This document shows, in pieces, positions 1-8,209 of a DNA stretch of 64,000 bases; position 1 is the stretch's first letter; every line of letters begins with the position of its first letter. The notes under the pieces are model-generated. The model was not told the origin of the DNA, did no database searches, and saw nothing but the letters and a program-made list of their open reading frames with translations. The position numbers were made by a program, and so were the translations under genes. The stretch comes from Minisyncoccota bacterium (lineage in GTDB: Bacteria > Patescibacteriota > Minisyncoccia > Phycocordibacterales > UBA12079): contig JAGLLX010000003.1 of the NCBI GenBank assembly GCA_023140255.1, forward strand, positions 7,485 to 71,484, written 5' to 3'.

Positions 1-2
1 TA

Positions 3-1427
3 ATGGTTATAGATTTAAAAACACTAACTATAAAAAAAGCACATGAAGCAATGAAAGCTGGTGACTTTACTGCGCAAGAATTAGCTCAGGCTTATTTAGA
101 TAATATTAACCCAGAATTAAATGCTTTTATTTTAATTTTTGATGATGTTTTAGAACAGTCCAAAAAAGCTGATGAACGATTTAAAAATGGAACAGCTGAA
201 TTACTGACCGGAATTCCAATGGCGATTAAAAATAATATTTTAATTAAAGGTAAAAGAACAACTGCTGGTTCAAAAATTCTAGAAAATTATAAGGCAACTT
301 ATGACGCCACTGTAATTACTAAATTAAAAAAAGTAGGAGCTGTGTTTATTGGGGGAACTAACTTAGATGAATTTGCACACGGATCTTCTACTGAAAATTC
401 AGCTTATGGAGTAACTAAAAATACCTATGATTTAGAAAGAGTGGCTGGTGGTTCTTCTGGGGGTTCTGCTGTGGCTGTAGCTTCAGATATGGCTTTAGTA
501 GCCCTAGGATCAGATACAGGCGGTTCTATTCGTCAACCTGCTAGTTTCAATGGTATTTTAGGTTTAAAGACTACTTATGGAAGAGTTTCTAGAAGTGGAG
601 CTGTAGCTATGGGTTCTTCTTTTGATCAAATTGGCCCTTTTGCAAAAAATATAGAAGATATAAAAATAGTTTACGATTGTATTAAGGGGGAAGATAAAAT
701 GGATAGTACAACTTTGAAAAATGGAAGAACTGAAGAATTAGAACAAAAAATTGATTTAGATAAAAAAATGACAATCGGAATTCCAAGACATTTTTTACAA
801 GAAGGAATTGATGCAGATGTAATGGAAAATTTTGAAGAGTCTATTAAAAAACTGAAAGAAAAAGGATATGAGGTGAAAGAAATTGAATTACCCAATATCA
901 AATATTCTTTAGCCGTTTATTATATTTTGATGCCAGCTGAAGTATCTGCTAATTTATCTCGTTATGATGGAGTGCGTTTTGGTTTTAAGAAAGAAGGAGA
1001 AAACCTTTTAGAAGATTATATGAAAACTAAAGGAGAAGGTTTTGGGAAAGAAACTCGTAGACGAATTATTTTAGGAACATATATTTTATCAGCAGGTTAT
1101 AAAGATGCTTATTATAAGAAAGCTCAAGTGTTAAGAAATATAATAAGAAAAGATTTTGAGAAAGCTTTTTCAGAAGTTGATGTAATTTTAACCCCAACAA
1201 CTCCTAGCCCTGCTTTTGTGATTGGATCCAAAGGAGATGATCCGGTACAAATGTATTTAGGAGATATTTTTACAGTTTCTTCTAACGTTGTAGGAAATCC
1301 AGCTATATCCATTCCTTCTGGTTTTGTAGAAAGAGACGGAAAAAATTTACCAATAGGTTTGCAGATTTTAGCTCCACATTTGTATGAAGATGTATTAGTT
1401 AAAATTTCCGATGATTTTTTAAGTTAA
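3..1427 (+). CDS. gatA: Glutamyl-tRNA(Gln) amidotransferase subunit A (amidase signature family)
   Basis: 474 aa. The amidase signature GGSSGGSAVAVA and the S-cisS-K context (GSDTGGSIRQPAS) are present. The length fits GatA. Confidence 0.85.
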   Translation: MVIDLKTLTIKKAHEAMKAGDFTAQELAQAYLDNINPELNAFILIFDDVLEQSKKADERFKNGTAELLTGIPMAIKNNILIKGKRTTAGSKILENYKATYDATVITKLKKVGAVFIGGTNLDEFAHGSSTENSAYGVTKNTYDLERVAGGSSGGSAVAVASDMALVALGSDTGGSIRQPASFNGILGLKTTYGRVSRSGAVAMGSSFDQIGPFAKNIEDIKIVYDCIKGEDKMDSTTLKNGRTEELEQKIDLDKKMTIGIPRHFLQEGIDADVMENFEESIKKLKEKGYEVKEIELPNIKYSLAVYYILMPAEVSANLSRYDGVRFGFKKEGENLLEDYMKTKGEGFGKETRRRIILGTYILSAGYKDAYYKKAQVLRNIIRKDFEKAFSEVDVILTPTTPSPAFVIGSKGDDPVQMYLGDIFTVSSNVVGNPAISIPSGFVERDGKNLPIGLQILAPHLYEDVLVKISDDFLS

Positions 1428-1440
1428 ATCAAGGTTAATT

Positions 1441-1467
1441 AAATGGCTCAAAAAAATGAGCCATTTA
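1441..1467 (+). terminator. Intrinsic terminator hairpin aaatggctcaaaaaaatgagccattta
   Basis: Perfect inverted repeat tggctca/tgagcca directly after the gatA stop. The identical 27-mer recurs at 38368-38394. Confidence 0.5.
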
Positions 1468-1681
1468 ATATGGCTTAAAACAATGATGAAAACATTAAAC
1501 TTAGCTATATCTAATAGGCAGGTTTTAAGCTAACTCTCTTTTTCAACATTCCACTCTCTACATTTTGTCTCCTATAAGTTATAATTACAAGTGAGGATTT
1601 ATAAAAATAAATTATGCTAATATTTTTATTTTTATATAATCTGAGCGCAGTAAATATATACTCGCTTTATATAATTTAAGT

Positions 1682-2275
1682 ATGGATAATTATGTTGATT
1701 TCTTAAATATTGAACAGATTTATTATTGGATTTATCTTTTAATAAGTAATATATTTTATTATCTTAATCCTGTTAGATGGACAAGAATATATTATGATAA
1801 TTGGCCTTTAATAATGCTTTATTCTTTGATATTTTCTGCTATTTTACTTGCAGGAATTATTTATATTTATAATAAAATGAAAGTTGTTAAAGAAAGATAC
1901 TCAGAGGTTTTTAATACTGTTATGATACCTTCTTCTGATTCTGAAATGGGAGTTTTGAAAAATGAAAGATGGGAAAAGATTATAAGACATGTAAATTCAG
2001 AATCTCCTTTAGAATGGAGGTCTGCAATTTTGGATGCTGATGTTATTTTAGAAGAAATGCTAACAAAAATTGGTTATGCTGGAGAAACTTTAGGAGAAAA
2101 ATTAAGACAAGTAGAGAGAAGTGATTTTCTTACTATAGATAGTGCTTGGGAAGCGCACAAAATAAGAAATAAGGTTGCGCATGAAGATTTAGATTCCATC
2201 TTTTTAAATCAAAGACTTGTTAAAAAAACAATAAGTTTATATCAAAAAGTATTTGAAGAATTTCAATATATCTAA
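1682..2275 (+). CDS. Hypothetical membrane-anchored protein; the C-terminal half has an R-x4-H motif (RNKVAH) reminiscent of HEPN
   Basis: The N-terminal ~60 aa are hydrophobic. The C-terminal soluble domain contains EAHKIRNKVAHE. No stronger family assignment is possible from the sequence. Confidence 0.4.
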   Translation: MDNYVDFLNIEQIYYWIYLLISNIFYYLNPVRWTRIYYDNWPLIMLYSLIFSAILLAGIIYIYNKMKVVKERYSEVFNTVMIPSSDSEMGVLKNERWEKIIRHVNSESPLEWRSAILDADVILEEMLTKIGYAGETLGEKLRQVERSDFLTIDSAWEAHKIRNKVAHEDLDSIFLNQRLVKKTISLYQKVFEEFQYI

Positions 2276-2478
2276 CCTTGTTTTTTGGGTAGTTTTGATG
2301 TATATTACTAGTGTAAATGGTAGGTAGAAAGTAGTAAAAAATTTGCTTTGCAAATTTTTTTAAAGTTAAGTTAAATATATTGTAGGATGGTGTAGGCGAT
2401 CTGCACACAGAAGGACTAATATGACTTATAGCCTCTGGAGGTTGTTAAAAAAACTTAAAAATTGAATAAGGTAAATAT

Positions 2479-2549
2479 CGCGGGATGGTGTAACGGTTGC
2501 ACAGGAGGCTCATAACCTCCAGGTGTCTGTTCAAGTCAGGCTCCCGCAA
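2479..2549 (+). tRNA. Initiator tRNA-fMet (anticodon CAU)
   Basis: The cloverleaf can be folded by hand. The acceptor is cgcggga/tcccgca with a C1xA72 mismatch, which is a bacterial initiator feature. The anticodon loop is ctCATaa, and the T-loop is ttcaagt. Confidence 0.7.
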
Positions 2550-2643
2550 CAAGTAAACAAAAAGCTTTGGAATTTAATTTCAGGGCTTTTTGTTATTTAT
2601 ATATTTAATAATTCCTCTAAATATGATATATTATGTTTTAATT

Positions 2644-2717
2644 GTCGGCGTAGCTTAGTTGGTTAAAGCGGGCGTCTCATACGCGCCAGATCAATGGTTC
2701 GAATCCATTCGTCGACA
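2644..2717 (+). tRNA. tRNA with CAU anticodon (elongator Met or lysidine-modified Ile2)
   Basis: Acceptor gtcggcg/cgtcgac, D-arm gctt-agttggtta-aagc, anticodon stem ggcgt/gcgcc with loop ctCATac, T-arm aatgg-ttcgaat-ccatt. Confidence 0.7.
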
Positions 2718-2727
2718 CAGTATAAAT

Positions 2728-2764
2728 AAAAAACTCTCTTAATTAAATTAAGAGAGTTTTTTAT
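2728..2764 (+). terminator. Rho-independent terminator after the tRNA pair
   Basis: aaaaactctcttaatt-aaattaagagagtttttt: a perfect hairpin followed by a U-run. Confidence 0.6.
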
Positions 2765-2876
2765 GTGAGTATTTGGTTAGGTAAATGTCCTGTCACGTAT
2801 TATAATTATATTAAGATTATCAATTTCAATTAATATTTTACATATTAATAGGTTGATACATTAATAACATAAAAAG

Positions 2877-3542
2877 ATGCCTATTTATAAAAAAGTAAAT
2901 GTAGATTTTTTTAAAAAATGGTCTCCCAAAATGGCTTACGTTTTAGGGTTTTTTATGGCTGATGGTTCTATTGATATAAATCCACGAGGTTCGCATTATC
3001 TTAGTATTCAAATTTGCGATAAGGAACTTTTAGAAAGTATAAAGAAGACTTTAGAGTCTAATCATAAAATATCAGTAAGGAAAGGGTTTGGGAATGAAAG
3101 CGATAAATATAGACTTCAAATAGGTAGAAAAGAAATGTTTGAAGATTTACAAAAGTTGGGAGTAAATCAACAAAAATCACATACAATGGAAATGCCAAAA
3201 GTTCCTAAAAAATATTTCGGAGATTTTGTTAGGGGTTATTTTGATGGAGATGGAAATGTTTGGGTGGGGTTTGTTCATAAGGAAAGGAAAACACCAACTT
3301 TAGTTATTCATACGGTGTTTACTTCATGTTCTAGAATGTTTTTAAATTCATTACATAATGAAATACAGGAACAAGGAATTTTAGGAGGGGGAATTATTTG
3401 CAAAAAGAATGCTTTTTGTTTAAAGTATAGTATTAACGACTCTTTAAAATTATATAAGTTAATGTATAATAGTCTTGATAACGACTTATTCTTAGAAAGA
3501 AAAAGAATTGTTTTTAAAGAGTTCGCAAAATTGCGGGTGTAG
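2877..3542 (+). CDS. Double-motif LAGLIDADG homing endonuclease (free-standing)
   Basis: Two LAGLIDADG motifs are present: YVLGFFMADGSI and FVRGYFDGDGNV. The 221-aa length is typical of a monomeric double-motif enzyme. The stop codon TAG (3540-3542) lies inside the 5' acceptor stem of the downstream tRNA-Asp. Confidence 0.8.
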   Translation: MPIYKKVNVDFFKKWSPKMAYVLGFFMADGSIDINPRGSHYLSIQICDKELLESIKKTLESNHKISVRKGFGNESDKYRLQIGRKEMFEDLQKLGVNQQKSHTMEMPKVPKKYFGDFVRGYFDGDGNVWVGFVHKERKTPTLVIHTVFTSCSRMFLNSLHNEIQEQGILGGGIICKKNAFCLKYSINDSLKLYKLMYNSLDNDLFLERKRIVFKEFAKLRV

Positions 3543-3605
3543 CTCAGCTGGTAGAGCATTCGCTTGTCACGCGAAAGGTCGCCGGTTCAAGTCCGGTCAC
3601 TCGCG
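3533..3605 (+). tRNA. tRNA-Asp (anticodon GUC)
   Basis: Acceptor gcgggtg/cactcgc, D-arm gctc-agctggtag-agc, anticodon stem ttcgc/gcgaa with loop ttGTCac, T-loop ttcaagt. Confidence 0.8.
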
Positions 3606-3612
3606 CAAAATA

Positions 3613-3650
3613 ACAAAACCAAAGCGTTTAGCTTTGGTTTTGTTATTTGT
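3613..3650 (+). terminator. Terminator after tRNA-Asp
   Basis: aacaaaaccaaagc-gttta-gctttggttttgtt followed by atttgttt. Confidence 0.55.
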
Positions 3651-3726
3651 TTGTACAAATTCTAAATAAGTGGTAGAATATTTTTTGGTTTTGTTCTTAT
3701 AATCTAAAACAGAAAAGGAGTTCAGA

Positions 3727-4242
3727 ATGAAGGGTAAGTTAGTTTTGTTAAGTATTTTGGTTTTTGTTTTTTCTTTATTTTTGTGCAATTCGGTTTTTGC
3801 TGATTGGCATAAATTAACCCAAGAAGAAAGGGATAATTTTATCATACAAAGAGCTTACGGAGATCAGGACAAATTTGTTGGCGAAAGTTGCAAAGAATGG
3901 GTGCGGACTGTTATAAAATCCGCATCAAAAAAAGCTGTAATAATTCCACCAACAATAACTCCTAAAGATTCATGTTGGTATAATAGCCCTAATATTACAA
4001 TTGCTACTAAAAAACTTTGTGCAGTTCAAATAGGGCATGTTCTTCAAATGGATCTTGCTAGGAGCCGTTTCCCCCATACTGCTATTGTTATTGGCAAAGG
4101 TTTATACGGACTTGTTCTGATAGAAGCTAATTGGGATAGGACTCCTGCTGATGGAACAGATGCATATGTTCGTCGTCGTTATGTTTCTTTCACAACTTTT
4201 AATAATCAGGTTGAATCATTTACAGCTTATAATATTCTGTAA
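3727..4242 (+). CDS. Secreted protein, possible CHAP/papain-like hydrolase
   Basis: Signal peptide MKGKLVLLSILVFVFSLFLCNSVFA. A Cys in GESCKEWV and a His in PHTAIVIG are spaced like a CHAP domain. This is a weak call. Confidence 0.35.
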   Translation: MKGKLVLLSILVFVFSLFLCNSVFADWHKLTQEERDNFIIQRAYGDQDKFVGESCKEWVRTVIKSASKKAVIIPPTITPKDSCWYNSPNITIATKKLCAVQIGHVLQMDLARSRFPHTAIVIGKGLYGLVLIEANWDRTPADGTDAYVRRRYVSFTTFNNQVESFTAYNIL

Positions 4243-4333
4243 AGATTCTGACTGAGTAGTATCAAAAGAGGTAATCTTGTTAGATTACCTCTTTTTTCTT
4301 TTATATTAAAAAAATAATGGTAAGATAATAGCA

Positions 4334-5050
4334 ATGACAAAATTATATATTACAGCTACACCAATAGGGAATCTAGAAGATATTAGTCTTCGTGCTTTAA
4401 GAATTCTTAAAGAAGTTGATTTCATCTTGTGTGAAGATACTCGGGTAACTAAAAAACTTTTAAATAAATACGAAATAAAAACTCCAACAATTTCATATCA
4501 TTCATTTAGCGGAAAAATTAAAACAGATAAAATATTAGAACTATTAGAAGAAGAAAAGGATTTAGCTTTAGTTTCGGATGCAGGTACTCCTACTATTTCT
4601 GACCCTGGTTTCCAGTTAGTTTCTCAAGTCAGGAAGAAATTTGGAGAGAAAGTAGAAATCTTACCAATACCCGGGGCTTCAGCTTTAAGTTCTGCTTTGT
4701 CAGTTAGTGGTCTTCCATCAGATACTTTTATTTTTTATGGATTTTTACCACATAAAAAAGGGAAGCAAAGTATTATAAATGAAATTTTAGAATCGAAAAG
4801 AACATCTGTTTTTTATGAGTCACCACATAGAGTTTTAAAAACCTTAAAAATGATTCAAGAATTATCAATAAAAAATGAATCTAACCCTAAACATTCTGTC
4901 GGGCAAGGTAAAGAAATAGTTATAGCTAGAGAATTAACTAAAATGTTTGAGCAAGTTGTTGCGGGGAATATAGGTAAGGTATCAGAATATTTTGAAAATA
5001 ATCCTGATAAAGTAAAAGGTGAGTTTGTAATAATTATTTCAGGAAATTAA
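4334..5050 (+). CDS. rsmI: 16S rRNA (cytidine1402-2'-O)-methyltransferase, tetrapyrrole-methylase fold
   Basis: N-terminus LYITATPIGNLEDISLRALRIL...CEDTR, which is typical of RsmI. Length 238 aa. Confidence 0.8.
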   Translation: MTKLYITATPIGNLEDISLRALRILKEVDFILCEDTRVTKKLLNKYEIKTPTISYHSFSGKIKTDKILELLEEEKDLALVSDAGTPTISDPGFQLVSQVRKKFGEKVEILPIPGASALSSALSVSGLPSDTFIFYGFLPHKKGKQSIINEILESKRTSVFYESPHRVLKTLKMIQELSIKNESNPKHSVGQGKEIVIARELTKMFEQVVAGNIGKVSEYFENNPDKVKGEFVIIISGN

Positions 5051-5087
5051 GAATAATTTATTTTTAGTGTTATAATACAAATTATAT

Positions 5088-5207
5088 GAATCCCGTTAGA
5101 GATTTGGCGGGAAAAAGATTAATAATTTAATTTAAAGATAGTTATTAAAAGTAAGGGACTTGTCCCGTTAGAAAGACTTTTAATAAATTATCTCTAACGG
5201 GATGAAT
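5088..5207. repeat. Dispersed structured element, copy 1 (cccgttagagat ... atctctaacggg-ATG)
   Basis: 12-nt terminal inverted repeats enclose ~95 nt. It contains a second internal copy of cccgttaga. The 3' arm abuts the ATG of ORF 5202. It is ~95% identical to copy 2 at 11335-11452. The hexamer ATGAAT is present at both ends. Confidence 0.7.
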
Positions 5208-5420
5208 AAGAAAAAAATTTTAATTGCAGCTATATTAGTTATAATAATTCCTTTAGTAGGTATCCCTGTTTTATGGAAAACATGGCTTTTGGTTGCTGCA
5301 GGTTTGTATATTATTTGGCAGACTTTTGCATCTAAAGATAAAGATAAGGATATTGAAGAGGAAAAAGAAAAAAATTTTGATAAAGTTTATATAGAAAATG
5401 AAAAGAATATTGAAGAATAA
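5202..5420 (+). CDS. Small membrane protein
   Basis: 72 aa. Two hydrophobic helices followed by a Lys/Glu-rich tail. The start codon lies inside the 3' arm of the repeat element. Confidence 0.4.
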   Translation: MNKKKILIAAILVIIIPLVGIPVLWKTWLLVAAGLYIIWQTFASKDKDKDIEEEKEKNFDKVYIENEKNIEE

Positions 5421-6579
5421 AAAGAGAGTTTTGGGTTTTATAACTTTAGGCGGTGTTTTAAGCATCGCTTTGTTTTTATTTTTTAATACAGGTTTACTGA
5501 ATTCATATATAGAATTTAATAATGAAAGAGAGAGTATAGTAAAAGTAAAAAAAGTAGAATTTGAAGCAAGTCATATAAAAACTCCAGAACAATTAAAGGG
5601 TGTTTATATGACTAGTTGGGTGGCTGGAACAAAAAGTATCAGAGACGGGTTAATTAGTTTGATAGAAGATACGGAGATTAATGCGATAGTAATAGATATT
5701 AAAGACTATTCAGGTAAAATTGCTTTTAAAGTGCAAGATGAAAATTTACTTAAGTATGATTCTGTAGAAAATAGAATGCCAGATATTAAAGAATTGATTG
5801 AATACTTACATAGTAAAAATGTTTATGTGATTGGAAGAATCTCAGTATTTCAAGATCCTCATCTTGTAGAAAAAAGACCTGACTTAGCTGTAAAGAAAAG
5901 TGAAGGGGGAGAAGTTTGGACAGATTACAAAGGAATTTCTTGGTTAGATGCTGGTTCTACAGAAGTTTGGGATTATGTGATTACTTTAGCAAAAGAATCT
6001 CATAATATTGGTTTTGATGAAATTAATTTTGATTATATTCGTTTCCCGTCAGATGGAAATATGAATGAGATTTATTATCCGATAAGTGAGGAAAGAATAA
6101 TTTTAGATCCTGATAATGGAAAAGCTAAAGTTTTACAAGAATTTTTTTCTTATCTATATAATAAGATGAGTGAGACAGGAGCTATTTTATCAGCAGATTT
6201 ATTTGGAATGGTTACTACTAATAGCGATGACTTAAATATTGGTCAGATTTTAGAATACGCGTTACCTTTCTTTGATTACATTTGCCCAATGGTTTATCCT
6301 TCGCATTATCCTACTGGTTTTATTGGTTTAACCAATCCGGCTGAACATCCTTATGAAGTAATAAAATATTCAATGGATAAGGCAGTTGAGAAAACTATTA
6401 ATGCTAGTTCAAGCCCTGACAAAATAAGGCCTTGGTTACAAGATTTTGATTTAGGTGCTGATTATACCGCGCCGATGGTTAGAAAACAGATTCAAGCAAC
6501 TTATGATTCAGGGTTGGACTCTTGGTTGTTGTGGTCTGCTTCTAATAGGTACACCAAAGACGCACTCCTTAAAAAATAA
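5398..6579 (+). CDS. Membrane-anchored putative TIM-barrel glycoside-hydrolase-like protein (DUF4015/GHL-like)
   Basis: N-terminal transmembrane segment. GVYMTSWVAGT...INAIVIDIKDYSG resembles the uncharacterised glycosyl-hydrolase-like family. The assignment is by motif memory only. Confidence 0.4.
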   Translation: MKRILKNKKRVLGFITLGGVLSIALFLFFNTGLLNSYIEFNNERESIVKVKKVEFEASHIKTPEQLKGVYMTSWVAGTKSIRDGLISLIEDTEINAIVIDIKDYSGKIAFKVQDENLLKYDSVENRMPDIKELIEYLHSKNVYVIGRISVFQDPHLVEKRPDLAVKKSEGGEVWTDYKGISWLDAGSTEVWDYVITLAKESHNIGFDEINFDYIRFPSDGNMNEIYYPISEERIILDPDNGKAKVLQEFFSYLYNKMSETGAILSADLFGMVTTNSDDLNIGQILEYALPFFDYICPMVYPSHYPTGFIGLTNPAEHPYEVIKYSMDKAVEKTINASSSPDKIRPWLQDFDLGADYTAPMVRKQIQATYDSGLDSWLLWSASNRYTKDALLKK

Positions 6580-6811
6580 GCCCAAAATTAACACATTTCT
6601 TCGTTAGTTTCAGGAAAATAATTTTCACTGTATGCTTGATACGGCTCAAATTATTTTCCTTTGCTTCCTCGAACTATGTTAATTTTGGGTTTATTTAAAA
6701 TGTGCGTATATATTACTACAAAGTATTGACATAATGTCTAGTATTCTATATATTTATTGGCAGAAGTTTTTTGAAAATGTATTTTAACTTTGAAAAGAAA
6801 AGGAGTTTCAA

Positions 6812-8119
6812 ATGGAAAATGTAGTTTTAGAAAGTTGGTTGCCTCAAGGTGATGGTGAAAATTTATTTCAAGAAATAAAGAAAGTTAAGCTTCAGGCTGA
6901 GGCTAAAGGAATTGATTGTTTTAATCTTGGGGTTGGAGCGCCACCAGGAGCACCTGTCCAGAGCGCCAGAGATGGGGCTTCGGAAGCTATTTTAAGTGGA
7001 CTTGAATCAATGCACGAATATCAAGATAATGGTGAGCCTGGTATGTCTGGATTTGCTAAGTCTTTTATTCGGGCTAATGTTGGAGACACTGTTAATTGGG
7101 ATACCGTCAGTGAAAAAGATATGGAATGTTTCCCGATTTCAGAGACAGATTCAATCAGTGAAAAAGATATGGAATGTTTTCCGATTCCGGGGATAAAATC
7201 AATGATTGGTTTAATTCCGTTGGCTTGTGGTTGCTTTGCTCGTGGTCCAGGTCGGATTTTTGAAGAAGGCAAACTTCCTTATCCAACTCTAAAGGTGATG
7301 GGAATGACCGATCCTGGTTATCCTGTGCCTCAAACTTGGGCTGAACGGTATTTAGGTAACGATTACAAACACTTAACTACCAATCCAGAAAATAATTTTG
7401 TGGTATCGGCTGAGGAAGTAGCTGGTCATTGTCCGAATCTTTTGATGCTCAATTATCCGCATAATCCATCGGGTCAAATTTCCACTGAGTTTTTGTGGAA
7501 GGAGCTTTTGCCGGTTTGTGTAGAAAATGGTATCAGAGTTTTTAATGACGCAGCTTATGCTATGCATGACCATAGCGGTGAACATATAACCTTAACCGAA
7601 GCTGCCCTAAAAACCTCTGGACTTTCTTGGGCTGAATCTTGTTCATCTTCCAAGGTAATCGGGAATGGGACTGGTTGGCGGATAGGTGCTATGGCGGGTT
7701 CACCAGATTTTATCGCTGATATTAAAACTATCAAGGGTAATGCTGATAGTGGTCCTAATGCTGCTTTGGCTACTGGTGTTAAATATGCTGTAGAAAATGA
7801 TATGGCTAGCATTGATGCTATTCGTGAAATCTATGCTCGTCGTATCAAAGTTCTCAAAGATATTCTTATCGTCCACGGTTTACGTTTGGCGGTTGATCCC
7901 AAAGCTGGATTTTTTACTCTTTGGCAAACACCGCGTCGTGCTTTCGGTCAGGACATCCGAGATGCTAAACATTTCAATTACTTGATGATTGAAAAAACTG
8001 GTTTGATCGGTGTTCATTTTCATCCGTATATTCGCTACGCTGTTGTAGCCGATATTGAGGAACCTAATTTTCTCAAGGCAATTAAATGTGCCTTTAAAAT
8101 GGCAAACGTAGAGTATTAA
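6812..8119 (+). CDS. Class I/II PLP-dependent aminotransferase
   Basis: NYPHNPSGQ (the NPxNPTG-like motif) and SSSKVIGNGTGWRIGAMAG (the SxSK..G.R.G lysine motif). GC content is visibly higher than the neighbouring genes. An internal 16-aa duplication is present. Confidence 0.6.
   Translation: MENVVLESWLPQGDGENLFQEIKKVKLQAEAKGIDCFNLGVGAPPGAPVQSARDGASEAILSGLESMHEYQDNGEPGMSGFAKSFIRANVGDTVNWDTVSEKDMECFPISETDSISEKDMECFPIPGIKSMIGLIPLACGCFARGPGRIFEEGKLPYPTLKVMGMTDPGYPVPQTWAERYLGNDYKHLTTNPENNFVVSAEEVAGHCPNLLMLNYPHNPSGQISTEFLWKELLPVCVENGIRVFNDAAYAMHDHSGEHITLTEAALKTSGLSWAESCSSSKVIGNGTGWRIGAMAGSPDFIADIKTIKGNADSGPNAALATGVKYAVENDMASIDAIREIYARRIKVLKDILIVHGLRLAVDPKAGFFTLWQTPRRAFGQDIRDAKHFNYLMIEKTGLIGVHFHPYIRYAVVADIEEPNFLKAIKCAFKMANVEY
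7108..7186 (+). repeat. 31-bp direct repeat, two units separated by 17 bp, inside the aminotransferase CDS
   Basis: cagtgaaaaagatatggaatgttt(c/t)ccgatt at 7108-7138 and 7156-7186. It encodes SEKDMECFPI twice, in frame. Confidence 0.8.
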
Positions 8120-8209
8120 TTTCAATCAGTAAATGCAAAACAAACCCCTTACGAGTATTTTCGTAAGGGGTTTTATTTTTTACTAAAAAAATATGATATA
8201 ATTATTTTA

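Noticed and set aside
671-1312. Minus-strand ORFs inside gatA, and similar antisense ORFs inside other genes (e.g. 7021-7812, 39345-39865, 41577-41900, 62749-63000)
   Set aside because: They are embedded antisense within well-supported coding sequences and have low-complexity translations.
2383-3605. LAGLIDADG ORF as part of a group I or tRNA intron
   Set aside because: tRNA-fMet, tRNA-CAU and tRNA-Asp each fold as complete, uninterrupted cloverleaves. There is no split exon pair flanking the ORF.
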